Assembly: GCA_028534125.1 (NCBI GenBank)
Contig: CM052816.1
Location: 72,108,001-72,172,000, forward strand
Direction of reading: 5' to 3'
DNA length: 64,000 nt
DNA from: Lama glama
Taxonomy: Eukaryota
Shown: positions 11,961 through 25,388 of the stretch, piece after piece
Position numbering within the stretch: the first letter of the stretch is position 1
Layout: each line of letters starts with the position of its first letter
Notes under the pieces: generated by a model
What the model was told of the DNA's origin: nothing
The model's input: only the letters and a program-made list of their open reading frames with translations
Database searches by the model: none
Translations under genes and position numbers: made by a program

Positions 11961-13539
11961 TGGCTGTATCAATCAGTTCAAAATTCTACCCCCAAATGCA
12001 CTCTGTCTTTGTGTTTTACTTACTTACATTCTTTTTCTTTTTATAAATGAAATTGTATTGGAAATTCACTACAGACTTGCTCCAAGAAGGGAATTCAATT
12101 TTAAAAAGCACAAATAATAAAAAAAAAACCCCACTAATTTATTTAATTTCAATTTCTATACATTGTAGTTCCAGTGAGGCTCTTTTATGGCAAGAAAAAC
12201 CAGAGTTAAAACCCCTTGGCCACAAGAGGGAGCTAAACATTTGGTTCACTTGGTTTATTAAAGGCATCTTCTACCATACTTCCTGCGCTACAGAATAATT
12301 CACTTACTGTCTTCAAATTGGGCTTTGATTTATGGCATTTTTTTCTATCACCTTGAATTAAAAGTCCTGCACCCCTCAACCATGGCTGACATTTCTAGGA
12401 AGTGCCTCAGATGAGAAGCACAATAATTAGAATATTTACAACAAACAGTGGGGCTTTTATTTTCCTAACATCCTTAAGCAAACATTCAGCGTCAAAAAGA
12501 CTGCATCATAGTAAGGGAGAGGGCTGATTGCAAAGTCACGTACACAAAATTTTTTTCTTTATAAATATTTCATGTCTTGGTTAATAAAATCTGCCTAGAA
12601 CACTTTTTATTAAAAGTTTACTTTATTAAAAAATAGGCATATCTTTAATAATGAATAACTCCTTGTTAAACTGTACAATAACTTTATAGAACAGTATGTT
12701 AAAAACATATGGAGATCATAGCAAAATAACTGTAAGGGAGTTTATGATTTATGAAATCATTTTTAAAATGTAACATTTGGTCTTACAAAAAGGTTAAATG
12801 CATAATGCAAGTTGCCACAGGAAATACCTGGCTTAAATGCTAAAGAAATAAGTTTTACAATATCCTCATAATATATTATTCAAAAAAAAATACTCAAAGT
12901 ATGTATAATCAAAGTTATTTATAGCAATCCGGTCATTTTATACAGAAAATTATGATCCCAGTTTCAACCAAGAAAGTGAATAGGAATCGGAACTATGATT
13001 CCAATTTGTGACCCTGACGGATCATAACAGTTTAGCTTGGTAACTATCAGACTTTATTAAGTAAGAATATCAGAGTAAAAAAAAATATGTATATATACAT
13101 GAAATATAGGCAGTTATAATTTGCTATTCTTGGCCACAGAATATGATAAACAATAGATTCTTGTATTATACTCTTTAGGGTAAACTATCAAGGCATGTTT
13201 GGTCTACACTAAGTCTACAGAGATTATGTTCTTACTCAAGATAAAATTATAGATATAATCTGAGAGCAAAATACTAAGGAGAAACACATCTTATTTATAT
13301 CTTCAAATTATCGTGACTTCAATGCTGGCACACACACCCTGTAATCTTTGATGAGATTCTAGTGAGTCTGGAATACAAGACTGATCATGGCCTAGAAGAA
13401 GGACTCTAGTTTGATTCAGAGAGAAATTGATCTGGAATGATCTTACATTCTGTTTTCTATGGACAAAGTATCTGTGGATCTAGTGTTCTATTTCAGGACA
13501 CACAGTGAGGACAGCTGTGTACATGCAAGAAGCCTAGTC

Positions 13540-13740
13540 AGTCTAGCAGCAGGGTCCACGGGCTCTGGACTTTCGGGTTCAAATCCCTGCTCTTCCTCTT
13601 ACTAGCAGTGTCATCATTCATCTGTAAAATGCAGACATCACGGTGACAATCGCGGAGGGTTGCTGTGAGAATTGTTTAACTATTTATACACTTAAGAGAA
13701 ATTAAGAAAGGCCTATTATTTTCAACTATTATTATTTTTA
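13540..13740 (+). mobile_element. MIR SINE
   Basis: ggctctggac...gggttcaaatccctgctcttcctcttactagcagtgt...catctgtaaaatg...gggttgctgtgagaatt. Confidence 0.85.
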
Positions 13741-14109
13741 GTTATTATTCTAGCTGTTACTCTTACCTATTATTTTTAGATTACGAAAAGCCAAATGATG
13801 TTCCAAAACCAACAACTAAACCAGGTTAGTGAATCTTTAATTGTAATGCGGTAAGTAAATAGGCTGAAGCTATCATACGGGCTCAAGGAAAGTACTTTTC
13901 ATTGGGAACTATTTTGATTCTGGACTGCATCTTGGGGTAAGACATGTGCCTCACAGTCAACAGAATTCTTTTTTGTTTAAACCTTCCCCTGCTAAAGCTT
14001 CACCCCTAGATATATTCATATACATTTTACATCTTCAGAAGAAAAAAAAATATTCAAAGGAATCATGACATGAATATTTGTAACAAAAATATTAAAAAGA
14101 AAAACATAC

Positions 14110-14147
14110 CTGGGTAATCTTCAGATACATGTACTGAATAGGATACA
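14110..14147 (-). CDS. PARP8: PARP8 coding exon (38 nt), encodes (S)VSYSVHVSEDYP(D)
   Basis: Minus strand reads ttttaacag|TGTATCCTATTCAGTACATGTATCTGAAGATTACCCAG|gtatgt, with canonical AG/GT. The peptide matches my recall of the mammalian PARP8 N-terminus, and the phase joins the next exon (G+AT=Asp). Confidence 0.95.
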
Positions 14148-14959
14148 CTGTTAAAACAGGAAAAAAAGAGAGAGAAAAGAAAGAAGTTACTGCTAAGGTA
14201 GATATGCTTTTACACAAAAACCAACCCCATGTTACCCATTCATTTATACAGATATAAGTATAAGCAGATATCAAAACAGATTAGAAAGCCTCTTTGATAT
14301 CTGACAAAGAAACTTAGACTTTTAAGATACATAACGTAGTAGTATGTATCTTTTGTGATACTTGTTTTACCAGAACTAGGTCTTTTTAGCTCAGCAGTGT
14401 CTAACATTCAGAAATGTATGATCATGTACGTCATGCTCAGATTGTATCAAATCATCTTTTCTTACAAAAAAGGAAGCATTCTTCCTGTTTAGTATGGCAG
14501 TCAAGAATTTAAACATTTATGAATTTAAGCATTTTATTTTTAACATCACTTCCCCACAATATGCCGTGCTTTTGAAACATGTCCTTTCCTTCAAAGAATT
14601 AGCAAAATGGTGACAGTGTAACTAACAGCTATTTATCAGCCAATCTTTCACCATCACTATGTATAATGAATGAATAAACTACCTCTTATTCTCAGAAGGA
14701 TTGGGGTGTTTCAAAAACAATTTTAAACAACTCCTTTCTCAGTAACCCCACTGTCTCCATGTATTGATCACATATGACACATGGGAATGTGTCATAGTTT
14801 GTTTTCTCTCCTATCTCTACCAACTAGATTGCAAGTCTTGTGAGGTTAAGGTCCATGTCTATTTGGATTTTTAGCATAGTTACCTATGCGAAACACATAC
14901 ACATGACACATAGCATACATTAAATATTAGCATTTTGGATGGGTCAGTGGGGCTGCCAC

Positions 14960-16850
14960 CTGTCACAGAAAACTCAAAATTTAGTTCAAGTTCAGCCAAA
15001 TTAACTGCCTGTTAAGAACCCCCACCCCTCCTCAAAAAACCAAGTCTCTTTGAAGGAACATACAGAATACAGAGTCTATGCAAATGTGTCATTCACAAAG
15101 TGAATCCAATACAATCCAAATTATTTGACATATGAACAAATAGGAAAAACCGAACCTATATTCAAGAGAAAATTTGATCCAAGTGTTGGGATTAGCCTTC
15201 AATCATTTAAAAACTATTATTGTAAGTGCTTAAAGGCATAAAGGAAAATCCAATCTGAAGAAGAAACAAACAAAAACATCATCAGCGTCCTGTGGAACAC
15301 TAGCAAAGAGCAAATATTTTGTATCATTAGAGTTTTAGAAGGTGAAAAGAGAGAGAATAATGCAGGGGAAAAAAAAAGAGCTAAAATATCTCCCAATTTG
15401 GGTGGAAGACATAGATGTATAGATTGAAGAAGCTCAGAAGACCCCAAACAGGATGAGTGCAAAGACAGCTCCACCCAGGTACACACAAACTGCCAAAAAC
15501 CAAAAGGAAAACGAAAAAGAAAAAATTTTTAAACAAAAGAAAAAAATGACACATACAGGGAAACAGAAATCAATGTTGAGTTTTCGCAGGAAACTATGGA
15601 GGACACAAGACAGCAGAGCAGCAAAGGACACAGCGCAGGGGTGGGGGTGGGGGGGCCGGACAAAGGAACGACTATGAATCCAGAATGCCTCATCCAGGCC
15701 ACATAGCTGTCAAAAGTGAAGGCAACTAAACAAGTTTTCAGAGAAGAAGAAAATTGTAGAACTATGTCCCAGCAGACCCAAAGTACAAGAAATCCCAATC
15801 AAGGTTCTTCAGGCTGAAATGACATCAGAAAGTCAAATACCCAGAAGGAATGAAGAGCACCAGAAACTGTAAATACAAAAGACGATTTTTCTCTTAATGC
15901 TTTTAAAATACACATGACTGTTTAAGCATTCTAACACTTCATCGTGGGATTTACGACCTACGTAAATGCAGTCCGTGTGACAGTTAGGGAACAATGTCAA
16001 GGAGGGTCAAATGGGCGTATACAGCCTAAAGGTCCTTCATCTGATGGAAATGGTAGAAGGTCAACCCTAAATAGTAAGTCTAGGAAAGCTTAAGAATATA
16101 TACTGTAATTCCTAGAGCAAGCACAAAAAAGCTTCAAAGACAAGATAAAGTGGAATTTTACATTCATTTTGAACATTTAATCCAAAAGAGGGCAGGAACA
16201 GAGGAACAAAAATCAGAAGGGGTAAACAGAAAAATAATAAATGGTGCCTGGATTCTACCATAGCAAGAATTGCCTTAAATGCTAATGCACTAAACACACT
16301 GAATAAAAGGCAAAGATGGACAGTTGGATAAAAAAAAAACTAGATCCAATTCTATGCCGCCTTTAAGAGATCTACAGTAAATAAAAAGACAGGTAGATTG
16401 AAAATTTAAAAATGGGAAAGATATACCATGCAAACAGTAAGCATAAGAAGACTGAAGTGTTTAAATTAATAACAAAGAAAAACCTCAAGACAGATACAAA
16501 GGGATCATTCATAATGATAAAAGGGTCAATTCATCAGGATGAAGGCACAACAATCATTAGTGTGCATGTACCTAATAACAGAGCTTCAAAATTCACGAGG
16601 CAAAACCTTACAGAACAAAAGGGAGACACAGACAGCTCCACAATCAGTTGGAGAAACTGACAGAACCAAACCCCTCCCCTCCAAAAAAATCATTAAAGAC
16701 ACAGACGATCTTAGATTTTCATAGAAAACTACAACCACAAAAAAGATATACAGAATATTATCTTTTTCTTTTCAGGCACAGGTGGATAGAATGTTCACCA
16801 AGATAAATCATATACTGGGCTACAAAGCTAGTCTTAATAAATTTGAATGG
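14960..16850 (+). mobile_element. L1M element: 5'/ORF1 remnant, inter-ORF region and ORF2 endonuclease start
   Basis: ORF 16412..16660 (KIYHANSKHKK...GSFIMIKGSIHQDEGTTIISVHVPNNRASKFTRQNLTEQKGDTDSSTI) is a clear L1 ORF2 APE-endonuclease homologue; the upstream part is ORF1-like. Confidence 0.92.
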
Positions 16851-17364
16851 ATTGATGATCATGATTCACTAGTTCATATCCTGGGTTTCCTGGCTCAACT
16901 TGCCCTATGATATTGAGTCTTGAGCCTTCAAAAAGCCACTGCCCGTTAGAATTTGTGACTGGACATTGGGTTCTGTGACTGTGGCCACAGGCAATGCAAC
17001 CCTAGCAGGCAAGCCCACGTCTCCAGGACTCCACCAGTCAAATCCCTGACATGCTGCTGAGTCCTTGGAAAGAGATTAGGCAGAGACAAGAAAGACTAAA
17101 TAAGGAAGTGGGTAGGAAACAAAGATGGCTGGTAATGAGACCAAATATTAATATACTGTTCTTTCATAAACCACATTTAATTGTTTTATTAATTCAAGAA
17201 GCATTTCTTGGTAACCTGGTGAACATTGTGTTAATGCCAAATAAGATTTAGGTAGGAAACAAAAATCAGAAGATGAATAAAAGATTAATTTTGAAAGAAT
17301 AAAAGCATATAGAACATAATGAATATGAGAAAAAGGAACTTAAATATTTTAAAGCACAACAGTG

Positions 17365-17740
17365 TTTTTTTTTTTTGCCTTTTATTTTTAAATAATTATA
17401 GATTCACATGAAGTTACACAGATAGTACAGAGAGGTCTCATGTCTCCTTCACCCAGTTTCCCCTACTGAGTACACCTTACGCACCTATAGTGTAACATCA
17501 AAAGCAGGAAATTGACATTAGTGTAAAGTTTGGATATATTTCTATGCCATCTACTTGCATTTGCATCGTGTACCTACTATAGCAAACTGAGATACCGAAC
17601 TATGTGATTACCTAAAGGTTTCCCTCTTTAGAGTCGTACCTGCCTCCCTGCATCCCAACATCCCTAACCCCAGGCAGCCACTAATCAATTCTCCATGTCT
17701 ATAATTTTGTCATTTCAATATTACTGTATAAATGAAATCA
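17365..17740 (-). mobile_element. L1M 3' end (same sense as PARP8)
   Basis: Poly(T) followed by tttaaataattatagattcacatgaagttacacagatagtacagagagg...ccctaaccccaggcagccactaatc, a typical reverse L1M 3'UTR. Confidence 0.85.
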
Positions 17741-18319
17741 GAGAATGAAGCATAAAAGTATTCTAAGGCAAAATCAGTATTTTGAAATAATTACTATGAT
17801 TGGAAACATTTAGGATAGACTGAAGAAGAGAGAGATTGAATTGAATAATAAAATGTGAGCAAACATGCATGGAGAGGTATGGAATGGGAAGGAGAAGTAG
17901 GAACAAATGGCAGATATTGGACCACAGCCAACACCCCAGCTTTGGGAATCATGGCCCTGAATTAAATGCCAAAAATCAGAAGACAAAATAACCAAGCCAT
18001 TGGTGCCTCAAACAAGCTGGGGGAAATACACACTATGACCCTAGGTGAATTTATTTTCCCACAATTCATTCCCTTATACAATGGAACTACATTATGTAGA
18101 AATGAAATTATTGATGATCAAGGCAACCCTTCATCTGGCAGTACTATGTGACAGAAGCCTGGGACCCTGCCAGAGATTACATTCAGTACTAAGCCGAATT
18201 AATTCCCAACAGCTTACCATCTCAACCAACAGCATTTGGCTTCATCTTTCATCCGAATCAATGTCTAAATCCAAAATGAAGCCTTAATACATTCCCATGT
18301 CTATCTCCAATTAGGGAGA

Positions 18320-18550
18320 CTGCTGTGGTTAGGGTCAAACAAATGAGTCCAGTTTTAGCTTTGAGCCGTCCTAGATGGGCGGCATAAGAAAAGTCATTTC
18401 TATATGCTCAGCTTCCACCTCTTTTCAGCAAAATGGGGGAATCCAGATCTGCCTCGCAAGCCTGCTGTGATGATTTAATGGCTTAACAGGTGTAAAGCCC
18501 CCAGGACAACGCCAGACACACAGCAGCAGGTGCCGAGTGATTTTAGTCAG
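18320..18550 (+). mobile_element. MIR SINE
   Basis: ctcagcttccacctcttttcagcaaaatgggg...ctgctgtgatgatttaatg...gtaaagcccccaggacaacgccagacacacagcag. Confidence 0.7.
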
Positions 18551-20049
18551 CTTCCAGTACAAGCAAGGAAAATTTACAGAAATGAAATTTTACATGAATG
18601 AATGTGCTCTGGGGAATTCAATTTGCTCAAAATCACAATATACTACATTTATCAGAGGCCAAAGCTAGCGCAGATGATTTTATTTTACGGTTGTATTATT
18701 ACCCTCATGATACTAGGAGATATGCCCATGTCCATGATCATACCTAAATTTTCAAATACAAAATAGAAAACAAAAGCCCTACAAAATGACTCATCAGATA
18801 TATGGCATCTTCTTAGCTGTACTCCAGAAGGAAAATCACCAGGGCTGTAAAATCCGAATCAGTTTCACTTACAGAGTTCTTAAGGAAGCAATCTAGTAGA
18901 AGCAGACATGGCTGATTAAAGCTAAAGGACCTAACAGGCAGGGCCAAAAAAAGAGTAAAGAACCAAGCTTGAATAGATGTAAGAGTAAGGGTAGCAAATG
19001 CTGTATGTAATAAATAACACAGCGGGCTAAACTACTGAGAAGCAGCGGAAGTGAACGACAGTGAGCGTGAGAAGGAAGAAAAACCTGGAGCAAGCTCTGA
19101 ATTCTGATTCAGGAAAGAAATGCCTTCAGATTTTCAGAATAAGCTAAACGACAGTTACACTGAGGTGCTGGTCAGTCAATATGTGTTTGGCAGAAACTGT
19201 ATGCACCGCACAGTGCTAGGTTCTCAATATCACAAGTTTTAAACTAGAATCTGTAAGTTAGTTCTACAATCTCAACAATTGTTTAGATAAAATGGTTGCT
19301 TCTATCTCTTATTGCTCTGAAAGTATCTACCCCAGCCCAAGACACCTCCCAACTGCCAAGAGCCTCTGGAGCAGTTCCTGGGAGAACCCTCAGAGTTCAC
19401 GACCTACTAATCTTGTGTTTGGTTTGTATATTTGTTTACTCCTATAATTCAAATCATTGGTAAGGCCATTCTGGTATCACTTCACCACTTGCTCCATTTC
19501 CACCCTCTTCCTTCTGAAATGCCTGCAGGGAATTGAGAATAGATCGAGTTTACATCTAGTTCTTAAGCTCACAGATTAAAGAAACGTCTTTAAGAACAGT
19601 AAGGAGCTAATGGAAGAGAGCAGTTTAACATGAGAGAGGGGAACTCCGACTTGAAGATAAAAGAGGTTTAGACTGAGTAGACCTTTCAGAGGCACTGAAT
19701 TCAATAATAAGCAGGTCCCCCAAATGCTGTTGTGATCGGCCATCTCTAACTCAGTACACCTGGATCCAACATAAACATTTTCAGTTACACCTGGGAGTTT
19801 TGATAGAGCAAGCAAAAACTAATATTTTATTGAGCAATACTCTTTTTACCTTACTCTTTAAAGTCTAAAGCAATTTCTCTGATAAACCAAATCTTTACAA
19901 ATCTTTTCTCTCCTCCCTAGATCACTTTTAGAATGTGTATGAGAAAAGGCAAAATACAGAAACTAACACAAAACTGCAGCTAACGGCAAGCAGTCCTCCA
20001 ACCTCGCTACGATGCTTCTGAGTACACGCGTCTACTCTGTACGTTTGCT

Positions 20050-21240
20050 TGCAAGACGACAGCTCATTCCTGAGGACGAATGTACCCCACCCACTCCCCG
20101 ACCCACTGGGAGTTACTAGAAGGAAACTCCCTCTGGCACCCGGAAGTCTCTTCCGGCCTCCTCAGGGCTACAAGGTGAAGGAGACGCTGTCCCGCCACCG
20201 ATCTCCACAACCAGCTCGTACATCTCAGGCTAGAAGGAGATTTGGGGCATGCTAGCAGCTCACATTTGCTTTTTTGATGCCATTGACTTCCCCAAGCACT
20301 CATCATCACCTTCATTATCATTTTTATCTTCCAAAAACATTTTCTAAACATCCAGGTCAAACAGCTGTAGCATTCTCACTCGTTACCATCATTAGCTGCC
20401 AATCGTGTGTCGTTTATCCAGGATTAGGGCTTTCCAGGGCACTCTCTTCCTTGTTACTAAAACGCCTCACATCACTCACATCCACATGAAGAACAGTAGG
20501 CTGCATACAGTTCCATGGCCCCGTCTTCCCTTAATTTTCACTCACCAAATCCATTGCTACACCTTGGACCTCGACTTGGACTGTAACAGCTCTCCTTCTA
20601 AAATCTCAACCCCCAAATCCCACTTTCTGGCCACAATTTTATCACTTTCATCCCTCACTACTTTATTCCTCCTCTCTGATCCTTAAATCTCCATAAGTTC
20701 ACTCACTGTGTTCCTTATCGGTCCCTCTGGGCTTCTTACGTGAGCGTAGGTACCTAACTGCTCTCTACACACCACCTTCAGCTGCCCCACATGCACCCAC
20801 ATCCTGCCCACGCAGGATACCTGCCTGGCCAACAACCACCAGATGAATTCATGTCTGCATTCTGGACTCCTAGCACTGGGCTCTGAATGCTGTTGGAAAG
20901 GACAATGGGACTAAGGGATCTGGTCCCACAACCTCCATGTGGTGCACGACACCAGCTATGCACAGCTTTGCTCAGCAGCCCCAGAACCCACCCCTCATAT
21001 GCTCCTTTGTTGTTTCTTCTCAGCAGTTTTCCAAACCTTTACAACTCTTCAACACCATAGAACAACTTGCCGTTTCACTATGCACACAAAGATAAAATAG
21101 ATTATCTAACAGTTACTTCCCCAAGGCATTCTCTCATTCTTTCTCCCACCAACCACCGACAAGCTCATACTTCTCTCCTTGCACGCAGAAAGAAGGAAAC
21201 ACTGTCCTTTTATCTAAGACTAAAAACCTATTTGATTTAT
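20050..21240 (+). mobile_element. L2 LINE, endonuclease-region remnant
   Basis: ORF 20405..20686 HCYTLDLDLDCNSSPSKIST resembles the L2/CR1-type APE C-terminal motif GHTLDLV...SDH; C/T-rich L2-like composition. Confidence 0.65.
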
Positions 21241-21299
21241 AGATCCCATAAACCAACAGTCTGTGCGGGGCTTTGTTCTATTAATTTAACTTAACAATT

Positions 21300-21740
21300 T
21301 CACAATTTGAAATTAATCAAAACTTGGTAATTATGGAAGTGAGAAAAGATTTATCCACAAAGATATTAATGGTAGCACTATTTATGAGGAAGTATCCCCA
21401 AAAACCAAGAGTGTCAATTATAGAATTATACAAACTATTATATACACACCCCGTGATGGTAGGTAACTATGAAAAAGTAATGGTGTAAAATAACATTTAA
21501 TGAAAGATGTGTTTCCGATACATTAAGGTACACACAAAAGTTTGGACTGTATATTTTCATTAAAAATGTGTAAATACATATCTACTACAAATATATCCTG
21601 ATAGAAACATGGTTTGAAAAATACCAAGTTCTAATAATAGTTGCTATCTCTTGGTTATTGGATGAAAGGGAACTGCATTCTTTCTGTGTATCTGTATTAT
21701 TCAATCTTTGTAAGTGTGTACTGTATAAAAAGAAAAAATT
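21300..21740 (+). mobile_element. Old L1M 3' fragment nested in L2
   Basis: atccacaaagatattaatggtagcactattta...ataccaagttctaataatagttgctatctcttgg...tgtaagtgtgtactgtataaaaagaaaaaa. Confidence 0.65.
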
Positions 21741-22399
21741 CTAGTAACGTTTAAGCTCTCCCTGCACCCTGTAGCCTTTTCTAATTATCACCCTCCTTTT
21801 CTTCTTAAAGTTAGGTTTTTTTACAAAGAGTAATCTAAGCTGTTCTCACTGACCACCACTTCTCATGTACATTACCATCTGGCTTCCACTTCAAAACACC
21901 AAGTTTCTGCTTCTTCAGGTCACCATCAGCCTTGTTATTATTTTTATCCTCTAGTCCTTTTCTTACACGAATTCTCAGATGCATTTAATAAAAACAAAGA
22001 CATCATAAAAACTTCCTTCCCTGCTTGCTGAGCTCCACCTCTCCCTGGGTCCCCTCTTGCTTTTGAAGATGTCTTCTTAATCCCTTTTGATGTCTAACAT
22101 TTCATGTTATTTTCATATTTCAATGCTTCCCAGCCATGCTGACTGCTCTATTTTTTCACATGAGTAATCTCAACTATAGCCCTACCAGCCAAAGGTAGAA
22201 GACTCAAAAATTCCCTACCTCCACATCAAGCAGGAGGCTTCTCTTTTTTTTTTCCCCTTCACATTTTCAAGAGGATAGTCTGCAAGCAAATTAAACCCAA
22301 CACACACATAACGGAACTCTTGGCCTTCTTTACGTCAATTTTCAAGTCAGTAAATCAAATATCAAGGTATTTGGTGCAAATAAGAGCAGAGCTGCTACT

Positions 22400-22575
22400 G
22401 GGAACTGGAATCTACTCAGCACTAGACCATATCAGGGCACAAGGCCCTTGGCCACTTTCTGCAACAAGGAAATTCTGATTCAGTAGATATGAACCTGGGA
22501 GTGCGCATCCCTAAAAAGCACCCCAAGTGATTCTGATGAAGGTAAGATCTGGATCTGATTTTCAAAAAACACAGA
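22400..22575. mobile_element. MER5-like hAT-Charlie DNA transposon fragment
   Basis: aaattctgattcagtag...ctgggagtgcgcatccctaaaaagcaccccaagtgattctgatg. Confidence 0.7.
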
Positions 22576-22759
22576 CATTGATCCTACAGAATAAAATTCT
22601 AACTCCTTAACAAGTCTTCCAAGGCTTTTCCTGGTCTGACCCGTAAGTGCCTGACCAGCCAAAACCCTGACAAATACCCACAGACCGTAACTTCCAACCA
22701 TTTCAGGTCCTACCATTCCCCAAGCAGGTCATCTTTTTCCACATAAAGGAAAGTGGACT

Positions 22760-22985
22760 CAGACTGTTGGGCTGTGTGTGAGTCTGGCTCTGCCATTATG
22801 AACCAGGTGATGGAGGGCTGGATAACTAATCACTCTTTGCCTCAGTTTCCTCATCTGTAGTACATCTTAGGGCTGTTGTGAGGGGTAAATATGCACATGC
22901 TATGCGCAAAGCGCTGGGGAAAAAATGACACCAAAGTATTCAATAAACATTAGCTGCTTCATTAATAATATTATTATAATTATTA
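22760..22985 (+). mobile_element. MIR SINE
   Basis: ctggctctgccatt...ctctttgcctcagtttcctcatctgta...agggctgttgtgagg...aagtattcaataaacattagctgc. Confidence 0.9.
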
Positions 22986-24949
22986 TCATTCTTACACATA
23001 GACTTACTTTCCTAGAGCGCACTCCCCTCTCCCCTCAAGATTCAATCTCAAGGACAACTTCCCATGGGACTTCTCCAACAAGCCGGGCAGACTTGGGTGT
23101 TCCTTCCCCCATGTCCCACTTCACCTTGACATCGGCTGTCTTCTAGACTGAAGATATAGACCAGACAGGTTCATCCTCAGATTCCCAGGGCTTTGGCACA
23201 GCAACTTATCCATCAACAAATTATTTCTGAATACACGAACTAATCATATCTTTTTCCAAAATTACTTGAGGATATATCACGACAGTCTTGGACAGAGAAC
23301 ATACCAAGTAGTAGGCAAGTGCTTAAATATTTGATAAAAATCAGCAAATGCTGGTGCACAGCAGTTCTCCCTGTGGGTACAAACCACCATGCACAAGAGC
23401 ATCAGACCCTTTCATCACATTCTGTTAACAGGCTTTTTGTGATGTAAAGAAGTAGAATGGGTTCTGAATGCCCAGGCCATATGTATTCTCTGTCTTTTTC
23501 ATTTTCAAATGTGCATAATGAAGGTGATACTCGCAATCTTACCAGTCCCGACAGCATTAGCTGAAATTTAATAATACGGTACTGGGGAAGATCTCTGAGA
23601 TGTTTCAAAAAAAATGGAAGCACCAGTTATTTATACAAAGGAGTAGACAGGTTAGCATGTCAAACCAATTAGTAGTTTGACTAGTTTAGTTGTCAGAAGA
23701 GCACTATACATAAAACCTACTCCTATCTTGAAACTACGGGAGAAAGAATGTCAGTTCACCTAGACAGAAGAGGCAGTCGTATGGAAATGTCTGAGCAAGA
23801 ATTTGCTGCAACATCATATATTCCATGCATGCTTTATTGAAGGTCTCCTGTGGAAACTCTGTGCCGGTATCTGCCCTCCCCTTCTTTTGTATCACTCAAC
23901 ACAAAGACAAGGGCACAAAGTTCTCACACCACAACAGAAGACTCATCTTTCCCACCAAGGAAATAAATTGTCAATATAGGGCAATTCATACCACCCTTTA
24001 CAAAGGTAAAAGGATGAAGATGCTTGCCCAATAAACATTAAGTTTCTCAATAATATGCATGTTCCTATTTTCAAAGCATACTTGGATAATTTTTAAAGTT
24101 ATACTTTAAAGTGAAGTAACAGGATCAAAAGTAATGGTGTTTTGTTTGATTTTAGCAAAGTGGGTGAGTCAGCAACTTTCTATGCTTAAATATTACACTA
24201 CAGGTCAAATATTTAGACTTCTAAGTGAACCAGCTTCTCAACAGGGATGAACTTGAAAGACCTAAGTCCACTTTGATTAGTAACCTAGATGCATGCTTTA
24301 TTTATGGTATTACTACACTATATGGTATGAGCAAAACTGCTCTTTTAAACTGCTGTAGTCAAATGCAAAATCCAACAGTATATTTAAATATAGTTCTGCT
24401 TCTCTCTCTTTCTTTAATCATAACCAAAAATAAGAGGAGGTCACAAATGCAATTCCATCAAGACATGAATAGTGGATAGGGCATGCCAAGTCACTACTAT
24501 TTAATTATGTATAAATATTAACCTGAAATCTACATTAAATTCGTATGTGTGTGTGTGTATAATTTCCGTGTTTCTTTCCCTAAAGTTTAATGTCTGGACT
24601 CTTCTTCTCTGCACAGTTTGCAACTATAACTAATTCAATACTCTTTTTGATAAATATTCACTAAAACGTAGGTGCCTTTACCTTCACCAATCTACATCTA
24701 AATTCAAGTCGTAAGTGGTTATAAAAAGTTTAAAGCTGCTACAAACAATTTGAGCAGCATGTCCAGGCTGAAAGGCCAAATATGATGGAATAATTCTGTA
24801 ACTGAAGTAAGGCTTTGTAGAGGCAAGAAAACATGTTTTAAGAAAACATTATAAATATTTAGAGAGATAACTGCAATACATACTAAGATAGTACCTCACC
24901 AACTTTCTCCAATAGTAAAGGTACATAAAATCAGTTTTTTCCAAGACAC

Positions 24950-25388
24950 AATTCTTAATACCATCTCAAGATCCTGCAGGATCCAGCCCGTCTACGTGTC
25001 TCATTCTCCTGGGTCACTCACCGCGCTCCGACAAAAAGGACTCTTTCAGTCCTTAGCCGCGCCATGTTCCCTCTGCCTGGAATTCTCTCTCCCCCTTCCC
25101 CCAGCTCCTTTTTGTCTTGTTTACTCATTCTCATCCTTCCAATCTCAACTCAAATGCCACCTCCTAGGGAAAAGCTCTTTGATGAACCTTCCCGACTTGG
25201 ACAGATCTTAGGACAGAGCAGTCATACAGTTTGTAACTATACGCTTCTTTGCATGATATTAACATGTGCTTCCCCCCGCGAAACCTGTAAGATTAGAGGG
25301 CACCCGTTTTCTTGACCACAGTATCCCAGCATCTACCATACACCTAGCACACAGTAAGAATACTGTCATTATTTGTGGAATGAATGTT
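24950..25388 (+). mobile_element. L2 LINE 3' end
   Basis: tgttccctctgcctggaattctct...tcatccttccaatctcaactcaaatgccacctcct...gtatcccagcatcta...cctagcacacagtaag...tttgtggaatgaatg. Confidence 0.9.

Larger units (their letters stand above)
21750..23240 (+). mobile_element. L2 LINE continuation (RT/3' part), interrupted by MER5 and MIR
   Basis: ccatctggcttccact...caggtcaccatcagcc; aaattctaactccttaacaagtcttccaaggc; 3' end ctagactgaag...ggcacag...aaattatttctgaat. Confidence 0.65.

Noticed and set aside
13560..13595. tRNA-like B box GGTTCAAATCC
   Set aside because: Part of the tRNA-derived MIR head; no cloverleaf, so not a tRNA gene.
20255..20360. Minus-strand acidic peptide MFLEDKNDNEGDDECL resembling PARP8/PARP6 EEDSEGDNDSEEF
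   Set aside because: It is bounded by stop codons, lacks clear splice sites, and lies on the purine-rich reverse strand of an L2 remnant.
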